This document shows, in pieces, positions 15,490 through 21,442 of a stretch of 21,442 bases of DNA (position 1 is the first letter of the stretch; every line of letters begins with the position of its first letter). Position numbers and translations under genes: made by a program. Under the pieces are notes generated by a model. That model searched no databases. It was not told the DNA's origin and saw only the letters and a list, made by a program, of their open reading frames with translations. The DNA is from a virus (taxonomy: Duplodnaviria > Heunggongvirae > Uroviricota > Caudoviricetes). The stretch lies in the IMG/VR virus record IMGVR_UViG_3300042398_001353. One strand, given 5' to 3'.

Positions 15490-16986
15490 ATGCATTTAGT
15501 AATAACAGAAAAACAGCTTAAAAAGCTATCATCACAACTTATTGCGTTTCAAGACGTTAAAGAGGAAGATGATCCAGCCGCAGCTGCTCCAGAAGCTGGT
15601 ACATCAAGCGATGGTGCTAATAAGACTGGTGCAACCAAGTGGGAAAGCGGCGCTACTAGAGGCCCTGGAAATCAAATTGGTGTAACTAAATGGTCTGATG
15701 TTGTTGGTTCTACCTTGAAAAGAGGTAAAGCAAATCCATTAAGTGAACAGGTATTACTTGGTGGGCCCGTTCCTATTGATCCGGTAGCATTAAATAATAC
15801 TTTCAATCCAGCGACAGATACACCCACAAAAGAATATATAACATTTTGGGGAGATAAAATTAATTTACCAGCAGATGGTAGTGTAACTGTTTCACTATGG
15901 AAAGATGATCCGGAAAAACCTAGAGCTTTGCATTTTAAAAATGCTGTTAGAGACCCAGATATGCCAGAATATATTTATTGGCCTCAAAATTATGTTAATC
16001 CGGAAACAAAAAAACTAGAAACAAAAAATGAGTTAGCTCCAGATGATGATTGGTTGAGAAAAAAGTTTCCAACAGGAACTGTAAAATATATTGAGACAAA
16101 TAGTGATAAAAGAATATATACAGTACTTTTAACACAAAGAAGTAAAAAAACTGGGTGGGAGGTTAATAATAATTATTTTTATACCGATACTGGCGCAGGT
16201 AAACATATACCATTTGATCCTAAAAAATATGTGCATGTTTCATTCACAACTGATGCGTTAAAGTTTTTAAAAGAAAACTGGCCCATTATTGGTGAAATTG
16301 TTGTGAGTATTGCTGCTGGGATTTTAACTGGTGGCTCATCATTATTGGTACAGGCGTTGGTTCAATCTGGTGTTGCATTAACATTTGCTGGATCAGTTTA
16401 TGCTTTAAGTGATAAAAAAAGCGCTGATACCGTTGGTTTGGTTACTGGTATTTTAATTGGTTGTTTACCTTTTATTCCGGCCGCAACAAAGTTAGGACTA
16501 AAAGGCCCATTAAAAGGTTTAGCAAAATATGGTGACGAATTGGCTTTAGCTAAAAACGAAGATGAAATTTTGGGTATAATCGCCAAATTCGATGAAGCAG
16601 AACAAATTTTAATAACAAGATGTATGAAACAAATACCTAAAGCAGAATTTGAAAAAGTACTTTCAAATAAGCTTATTCAAGGTTTCGCAGATCAAGTTAA
16701 ATCTGGTAAAATTGTTTTATCAAAAATACCGGGGTCACAATTAAGATGGTGGAAAGAATTATTAGTTGAGGGTGGTGGTGCGATACCAATTGCAGTTGGT
16801 GGACACGCATATAGTTCAATACAAGAAAGAAAAGATGCTGAAAAACAAATTCTTGATTTAATTAAACTTAAATCAGCTGATACTACCCAACCAGCAAATA
16901 ATTCACAACCAACAAATAATACACAATCAGCAAATACAACTAAACCAGTAAATGGTGATCCGCTGAGCATAAGAAAAAATAAGTAA
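15490..16986 (+). CDS. Putative virion/ejection protein with central hydrophobic G/A-rich helices and T/N/Q-rich tail
   Basis: N-terminus VITEKQLKKL, hydrophobic stretches around aa 265-335, C-terminal TTQPANNSQPTNNTQSANTT then GDPLSIRK. Confidence 0.7.
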   Translation: MHLVITEKQLKKLSSQLIAFQDVKEEDDPAAAAPEAGTSSDGANKTGATKWESGATRGPGNQIGVTKWSDVVGSTLKRGKANPLSEQVLLGGPVPIDPVALNNTFNPATDTPTKEYITFWGDKINLPADGSVTVSLWKDDPEKPRALHFKNAVRDPDMPEYIYWPQNYVNPETKKLETKNELAPDDDWLRKKFPTGTVKYIETNSDKRIYTVLLTQRSKKTGWEVNNNYFYTDTGAGKHIPFDPKKYVHVSFTTDALKFLKENWPIIGEIVVSIAAGILTGGSSLLVQALVQSGVALTFAGSVYALSDKKSADTVGLVTGILIGCLPFIPAATKLGLKGPLKGLAKYGDELALAKNEDEILGIIAKFDEAEQILITRCMKQIPKAEFEKVLSNKLIQGFADQVKSGKIVLSKIPGSQLRWWKELLVEGGGAIPIAVGGHAYSSIQERKDAEKQILDLIKLKSADTTQPANNSQPTNNTQSANTTKPVNGDPLSIRKNK

Positions 16987-16998
16987 TATTTATAAATA
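16987..16998. promoter_or_regulatory. Palindromic TATTTATAAATA
   Basis: Plus-strand box 12 nt upstream of 17006. Confidence 0.5.
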
Positions 16999-17005
16999 AA
17001 AAAAA

Positions 17006-18118
17006 ATGAAAACAGTTTTAACAGAAGAAATAAAAAAAGCCAAAAAATTAATGGGCCTTTTAAATGAAGCAGCCGCTGGTGGTGGAATATTAAAAGCGTT
17101 GTTTCGTAACATGGTTACGGATCAAATTGATAATGCGTTTGCTAAAATTGAAGCTAAGATTGGCGGTTCGTTAACCGGATCAAATAGTCTAACATCTTTA
17201 GAAAGAGCGATCAGTAATAAACAAATCACCAAAAAAGAAGCTTTAGCTATTTTACTTGATACATTAGGTATGAGTGACGACGTTGTTGCTGATCTAATTG
17301 AAAAAGAAGTTAATGCTAGTTTTGTGGCATTACAAGCCGCAGCTAGAAATAAAAAAACAAGGGGAGAGATCATTGCTGCAGTTCCTGAATTAGCAGATTT
17401 ACCTGATGGTGTAATTAATTCTTTACTTAAAAAATCTGGTGTAAAAATTGGTGATGCGGTTACCGTTAGAGAGTTAATTGGAACACTATCTGGATCATAT
17501 CCTGAATTATTTGCTCAAACTTGGTTTAAGGCGTGGAAAAATGAAGCTGTTTTAAAAGGTGTTATTAACGAAGCAGAACAAGCATTTACTGGTAAAAATT
17601 TAGCAGCCGTTGTGGACGAACTTAAAGTTATGTTATCTAAAGCAAATGGTATTGCTGATGATTTAATGAAAAAGAAAAAAATGACCGCAGAACAAGGTAA
17701 TTCATTTAAAAAATCTGTGGGTAAATTTCTTGAATCAATAAACCCAGTAAAACATGAAATATTAGACCCTAAAAAAGTTGATTGGTCTGGAACAACAAAA
17801 CAATTTGCAAAAGGTGCTATCGGTAGTTATTTAATATACAAAATTGCTACAAACTGGTATGAAACTGGTTCACCTATTGGTGGAATAGCTAAAACGGGTA
17901 GTGAGGAATATGAAAAAGCAAAAGAATATGTTACCCCAGCAACAGGTTCAAAATATGATTTAAAAAATTTCTTTATGAAAACTTATGGGTACACTCAAAA
18001 AGAAGTTGATGCATTAAAAATTGAATATATTGGAGCTTCAAAATATACTGTAGTAAGTGGTGGTGGAACAACAACTTGGGAATATGATGGTAAGGGTGCT
18101 TATAATTTAAAAAAATAA
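17006..18118 (+). CDS. Putative virion/ejection protein, Ala/Lys-rich and helical
   Basis: N-terminus VLTEEIKKAKKLMGLLNEA. Confidence 0.7.
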   Translation: MKTVLTEEIKKAKKLMGLLNEAAAGGGILKALFRNMVTDQIDNAFAKIEAKIGGSLTGSNSLTSLERAISNKQITKKEALAILLDTLGMSDDVVADLIEKEVNASFVALQAAARNKKTRGEIIAAVPELADLPDGVINSLLKKSGVKIGDAVTVRELIGTLSGSYPELFAQTWFKAWKNEAVLKGVINEAEQAFTGKNLAAVVDELKVMLSKANGIADDLMKKKKMTAEQGNSFKKSVGKFLESINPVKHEILDPKKVDWSGTTKQFAKGAIGSYLIYKIATNWYETGSPIGGIAKTGSEEYEKAKEYVTPATGSKYDLKNFFMKTYGYTQKEVDALKIEYIGASKYTVVSGGGTTTWEYDGKGAYNLKK

Positions 18119-18120
18119 TA

Positions 18121-19074
18121 ATGGATAATATTTTAGAACAAAACAATAACGACCCATTAAAAGCGAGAGGTGGTAGTGGCGCAACAAGTAGCGATCCATT
18201 AGGCGCGAGAGGTAGTAGTGGTGTTTCAAACAACGACCCATTAAAAGCGAGGGGTGGTAGTGGATCGACAGATAATGACCCATTAAAAGCAAAGAGTGAT
18301 ACAAATGACCCACTAAAGGCGAAAACTAATACAACACCAGTAACTTCCGATGTTTTTGCTTGTTTATTAAATAATACTGAAACACCAAAAATTGTAAAAA
18401 CAAGTAGCCCAAGGCAGGTAAGACGAGTTTTTGATGATGAAACTCATTACTTTTTTAGTGATTATTTTTTTCAAATTACAGACAAGACCGGCAAAACGGT
18501 ACAATATAAGGGTACTTGGAAATGTGATGGTGATAAAGATTTTATAATAAACACCGAAGATGGTGATGAATATAGTACTAAAGCTGGCAAGTGGAAAGGA
18601 CCTACTAAAAATAACAATAGTAATAGTAATAGTAACAATAATTCAGGTAGTGGTACCTCATTAGTAGATACAACATTAACTGCTGATGATTTAAAAGCGG
18701 GTAAATTTGTTAAAAAAGGAATGAAGGGTAAGATTGTTGGTGATATACAAAATTTACTAATTAAATTAGGTTATACCGATGTAAGTAAATCTGGTAAAGC
18801 AGATGATAAGTTTGGTTCCAGAACCGAGAAAATGGTAAAAGATTTTCAAAAAGCTAATGATTTAACAGATGATGGTTCTGTAGGTGAAAAAACTTGGCCA
18901 AAATTAAATGACCCAGCAGCTGTTAAAAACAGTGGATCAAGCTCATCTAGTTCATCTAGTTCATCAGGTGCTTTAGGATCATCAAATGATAATGAAACTG
19001 AGCCAGGTTCTGATATTATAATCAAAGAATCTTTGAAAAAAAGTTTAAGAAAAAACCTACTAAAATTTAATTAA
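18121..19074 (+). CDS. Peptidoglycan-binding (PG_binding_1) domain protein with DPL-x-A repeats and S/N-rich linkers
   Basis: KKGMKGKIVGDIQNLLIKLGY...ADDKFGSRTEKMVKDFQKANDLTDDGSVGEKTWPKL is a typical three-helix PG-binding domain. No catalytic hydrolase motif recognised. Confidence 0.8.
   Translation: MDNILEQNNNDPLKARGGSGATSSDPLGARGSSGVSNNDPLKARGGSGSTDNDPLKAKSDTNDPLKAKTNTTPVTSDVFACLLNNTETPKIVKTSSPRQVRRVFDDETHYFFSDYFFQITDKTGKTVQYKGTWKCDGDKDFIINTEDGDEYSTKAGKWKGPTKNNNSNSNSNNNSGSGTSLVDTTLTADDLKAGKFVKKGMKGKIVGDIQNLLIKLGYTDVSKSGKADDKFGSRTEKMVKDFQKANDLTDDGSVGEKTWPKLNDPAAVKNSGSSSSSSSSSSGALGSSNDNETEPGSDIIIKESLKKSLRKNLLKFN
18142..18324 (+). repeat. Five in-frame repeats D-P-L-(K/G)-A-(R/K), 42-nt period
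   Basis: Asp codons at 18151, 18193, 18235, 18277 and (30 nt later) 18307. Confidence 0.9.
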
Positions 19075-19089
19075 TAGTTAATTACAAGA

Positions 19090-19096
19090 TATTTAT
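19090..19096 (+). promoter_or_regulatory. TATTTAT box upstream of a non-coding segment
   Basis: GATATTTATATTA-GGAG. Confidence 0.5.
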
Positions 19097-19100
19097 ATTA

Positions 19101-19195
19101 GGAGTTTGATTGGTTTGGTCGCCGTCAAATGATAATACGAAAAAACGAAAGGAGGTATTCAATCTCGACAAAGGAGCTCTAAAGGCTCTTTTGTT
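19101..19195 (+). ncRNA. Candidate structured small RNA 2
   Basis: Own TATTTAT box; three-way junction (GATTG/CAATC, TTTGGT/GTCAAA, AATAC/GTATT with C-GAAA-G in the loop); TCGACAAAGG; 10-bp hairpin ACAAAGGAGC/GCTCTTTTGT. Confidence 0.5.
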
Positions 19196-19213
19196 CGTTT
19201 AGGTGGTTAAGGA

Positions 19214-19220
19214 TATTTAT
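19214..19220 (+). promoter_or_regulatory. TATTTAT box
   Basis: GATATTTATCATAT-ATG, 5 nt before 19226. Confidence 0.55.
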
Positions 19221-19225
19221 CATAT

Positions 19226-20119
19226 ATGAAATTCAGGGATTTATTACAAGATTTATTGGAAGATCAATTACCATGTGAAAAGGTAGTAACGTATGATATG
19301 CTTAATAGAGCAAAAAATTGGTGGTTGAACCGTTTAACTAATGACCCTAGTATTGTAAGTAAAATATTAAAAACAAAATATGGTAATGGTCAATTACAAA
19401 AAATGAATAAAAATTCCATTAATGAGTTAATTGATAACACATCTAAAGATATAATAACGGCAGTAAAAAGAATTAATTTAGTAAATAAAATAGAATATTT
19501 TAATTCAAATGAACAAGAGGTTATGTACGTTAAACCAAATAAACCAACAATTGTGTGGGTTAATTGTAATAGGGTTAAAGGACTTAGTAATGAAGATAAT
19601 TATGGTTTTTTAATACATGAATTACAACACACGATACACGATTTAATAGGGGTAGATTCATCAACTGTAGTAGATACGGGTTACTATAGAAATTATATTA
19701 GTAATGTGTGGGATACAAAAGAGATATTAAAATTAAGTAATCCCCAAAGTTCGTGGTATGATAATGCAAAAAATTATGTTTTAAAATTATTTGGAAACGA
19801 TACTAATCAAAAAGATGATGAATATTTCACAAAAGAACATGCTAAAAGATTGTACAATGAATATCCGCAATACCGCACATATGCATGTGATCCAAATGAA
19901 ACACAATCAAGAATGGCTCAGGTAAGAGCAATGTTAAATTTAAAACCAAATCAAGACATTACAATAGATATGTTAAGAAATCCTAAAATATATGACGCAT
20001 TTCAACTTAATTTGATGTGTTGGGGTGGTAGGACCGATAATGTTTCTTTTCAAGATTATTTAAATAATCTTAATTTGTTGGCTACTAATAATAAACAAAA
20101 TACATCAACACAAGTATAA
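19226..20119 (+). CDS. HExxH zincin-like protein, probable virion-associated
   Basis: LIHELQHTIH with distal DPNETQSRMAQVR; N-terminus MKFRDLLQDLLED. Confidence 0.68.
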   Translation: MKFRDLLQDLLEDQLPCEKVVTYDMLNRAKNWWLNRLTNDPSIVSKILKTKYGNGQLQKMNKNSINELIDNTSKDIITAVKRINLVNKIEYFNSNEQEVMYVKPNKPTIVWVNCNRVKGLSNEDNYGFLIHELQHTIHDLIGVDSSTVVDTGYYRNYISNVWDTKEILKLSNPQSSWYDNAKNYVLKLFGNDTNQKDDEYFTKEHAKRLYNEYPQYRTYACDPNETQSRMAQVRAMLNLKPNQDITIDMLRNPKIYDAFQLNLMCWGGRTDNVSFQDYLNNLNLLATNNKQNTSTQV

Positions 20120-20120
20120 T

Positions 20121-20145
20121 AAAAAACCCATCCGAAGATGGGTTT
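20121..20145 (-). terminator. Bidirectional intrinsic terminator with a C(UUCG)G loop on the tmRNA strand
   Basis: Minus strand AAACCCATC-TTCG-GATGGGTTT-TTT. Confidence 0.85.
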
Positions 20146-20150
20146 AAGTG

Positions 20151-20544
20151 TGGAGGTGACGGGACTCGAACCCGTGTCTTTCCTGTTCAACAATAAATGA
20201 CTACACGTTTATTCTATTAGTTCATAACAGACAAATAGTAAGTTAATTGCGGAAAACTTACAATACCGCTTCTGACCGGATTTTCAAGAGCCGCCAAATT
20301 TGCTCCAACACTCTGGGGTTATGTTCCACCGAAGGGACTTCTGTTCCTAGGTTATATGTCCAATCGACCCGATTGTAGTTTCGCCTTAGGCTACCGCTAC
20401 GTTAGAAGTTGCAAGTAAACCTGCAATTTCCATGTTGTTATAAACGTTGCCGCTTAAATTGCTTCACCGTGGATTTAAGTCATAGATGAATTCTGACTAC
20501 GTGCCATTTACCCCTGATACCTGAAATCAATGCCAGGCACCCCC
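20151..20544 (-). ncRNA. ssrA: tmRNA (one-piece, about 394 nt, CCA not encoded)
   Basis: 5' GGGGGTG pairs with 3' CACCTCC-A including the G3-U alanine determinant; T-arm GACACGGGTTCGAGTCCCGTC; no anticodon arm; internal tag frame ending in Ala then TAA. Confidence 0.93.
20386..20451 (-). other. tmRNA tag reading frame (A)GNVYNNMEIAGLLATSNVAVA*
   Basis: Resume codon GGC inferred after ATTTAAGC; 21 codons plus TAA, translated by hand. Confidence 0.8.
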
Positions 20545-20547
20545 GTA

Positions 20548-20567
20548 ATAAATAGAATACAAATGTA
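20548..20567 (-). promoter_or_regulatory. Tandem promoters of ssrA: TACATTTG (-7 box) and TATTTAT box
   Basis: TACATTTG at 20567-20560 and TATTTAT at 20554-20548, 3 nt before the mature 5' end. Confidence 0.6.
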
Positions 20568-20570
20568 GAT

Positions 20571-20600
20571 AAAAAAGGGTTAAAATGAAAATCTTAACCC
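20571..20600 (-). terminator. Intrinsic terminator after the 20624-20941 gene
   Basis: Minus strand GGGTTAAGAT-TTTC-ATTTTAACCC-TTTTTT. Confidence 0.75.
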
Positions 20601-20623
20601 ATTATTTTAAATAAAAAAGCTAA

Positions 20624-20941
20624 TTATTTAGATTTTCTCTTAGCTCCTTTTCTAGTTGAACCATTAGCAGCTTTAGTAACGTCTTTAGCTTGTTCAACAA
20701 CTTTCTTAGTTGCTTTAACAACGTCAGCTACTTCTTCTTTAACACGCTTAGCTCTTTGCTTAACGACTTCAACTTTTTCTTTAACCTCCGCAACAACTTC
20801 TTTGACGTCTTCAATTTTTTCCTCGATAGCGTCAGGAATGTTATTATTGTTGGCATCTTTAATTTTCCCTGATTTCATTAATAAATAAGCAATTCCACCA
20901 GAAACTAATAAGGCTAATAAAATTAAAAATAATGTTGTCAT
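20624..20941 (-). CDS. Membrane-anchored protein with a DxNxNxxxD loop and amphipathic K/E/V repeats
   Basis: N-terminal TM helix, DANNNNIPD, VKEVVAEVKEKVEVVK-type repeats, basic C-terminus. Confidence 0.75.
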   Translation of the reverse strand: MTTLFLILLALLVSGGIAYLLMKSGKIKDANNNNIPDAIEEKIEDVKEVVAEVKEKVEVVKQRAKRVKEEVADVVKATKKVVEQAKDVTKAANGSTRKGAKRKSK

Positions 20942-20958
20942 AATTTGTTTGTTTATAT

Positions 20959-20965
20959 ATAAATA
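20959..20965 (-). promoter_or_regulatory. TATTTAT box
   Basis: 17 nt upstream of 20941. Confidence 0.45.
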
Positions 20966-20983
20966 TTCGTTATTTTGCTAAAA

Positions 20984-21442
20984 TCAATATTCCGTTTCGG
21001 GAATGGCTGGGAGCTCTTTTTCGTATAATGCCTCAAAAAATAATTTGTTTTTCTCCCATTGTTTATTAACCATACCAATAGATTTATGAGTTAATGAAAT
21101 CTTGGTTGTAACACCTATTTTAACACCCTCCTTAAAGTTTTCAAAACAAAAGGAAATATCATAGAAATGAAATCCCTGAAATTCTTCATTGAAATGCTTT
21201 TTTAATCTTCTTCTATCAACCATGAAAAACAAACCATCGACAACCACCACTCGTTTTAATACATCGACATAAGATCCTTTAGAATAGTGATTAACATGTC
21301 TTTTTCCTTCATGAAGGTGACCAACAACACCAAACATATTATCTCTACTATCCCACCATCTACCGCTCAATAATTTGTCAGTACCAGCAATACCTATAAT
21401 ACCATATTCTGGGTGCTTCTCAAATAATTTAACAACCTTTGG
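20984..21442 (-). CDS. GT2-like (Glyco_tranf_2_5/StrF-like) glycosyltransferase, 5'-truncated by the window
   Basis: Frame is open to the window edge (...KLFEKHPEYGIIGIAGT...); VVVVDGLFF and GFHFYDISFC motifs. Confidence 0.78.
   Translation of the reverse strand, partial: PKVVKLFEKHPEYGIIGIAGTDKLLSGRWWDSRDNMFGVVGHLHEGKRHVNHYSKGSYVDVLKRVVVVDGLFFMVDRRRLKKHFNEEFQGFHFYDISFCFENFKEGVKIGVTTKISLTHKSIGMVNKQWEKNKLFFEALYEKELPAIPETEY

Noticed and set aside
18142-18324. CRISPR array or DNA-level repeat element
   Set aside because: The repeats are in frame, diverge at synonymous positions and lack unique 30-40-nt spacers. No cas genes are present.
19101-19166. Hammerhead ribozyme or known riboswitch
   Set aside because: It lacks the CUGANGA/GAAA core arrangement, and I recognise no riboswitch consensus. 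The unit also has its own terminator and the downstream gene its own box.
19129-19182. 17-aa ORF MIIRKNERRYSISTKEL
   Set aside because: It is very short, ends inside the terminal hairpin and has no supporting motif. Not excluded, but the RNA-structure reading fits better.
20151-20190. Stand-alone tRNA-Ala
   Set aside because: There is no anticodon arm; the acceptor partner lies about 390 nt away with a tag frame between, so this is tmRNA.
1036-21000. Short opposite-strand or alternate-frame ORFs in the track (1036-1296, 1754-1981, 8165-8368, 8946-9281, 9345-9626, 11752-12048, 12710-12910, 13077-13310, 13788-13979, 16398-16586, 16692-16970, 17122-17373, 17973-18233, 18107-18313, 20690-20872)
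   Set aside because: They lie within better-supported genes and have shadow-frame composition (F/L/S/I-rich or mirroring repeats), with no motifs or promoters.
1-21442. Stop-codon reassignment
   Set aside because: Recognisable genes are full length in the standard code, and TAA, TGA and TAG all occur as stops.
1-21442. Bacterial chromosome LPS/capsule locus or eukaryotic giant-virus origin
   Set aside because: There are no housekeeping or transport/polymerase genes and many orphans with frequent strand switches. A tmRNA, intrinsic terminators and bacterial signal peptides point to a large bacteriophage, although no hallmark capsid or terminase gene is in the window.

Overview
AT-rich, densely packed window with frequent strand switches, most consistent with part of a large (jumbo/huge) tailed-phage genome infecting Bacteroidota. 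Host evidence: TAnnTT(T/A)G promoter boxes, a signal peptide with Gln after the predicted cleavage site, and a lipoprotein with an acidic post-Cys segment. Standard genetic code. Contents: (i) nucleotide-metabolism and nuclease genes (P-loop kinase, secreted NucA-type endonuclease, Nmad1/DUF1599, GMP reductase/IMPDH-like, T5orf172-like); (ii) a six-gene glycan operon (GT60-type GlcNAc transferase, three GT-A-like proteins, an HtrL/YibB-DUF3431 fusion, glf) plus a GT2-like gene cut by the window end; (iii) a phage tmRNA with an unusual 21-residue tag; (iv) many orphan proteins that share a TATTTAT box just upstream of the start and short terminal (I/L)-x-E peptides, which I infer to be late-expressed, capsid-targeted, protease-processed cargo; (v) two intergenic small-RNA candidates sharing the architecture TATTTAT, structured body, TCGACAAAGG, terminator. 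All family calls come from recognising motifs by eye; no database search was run.
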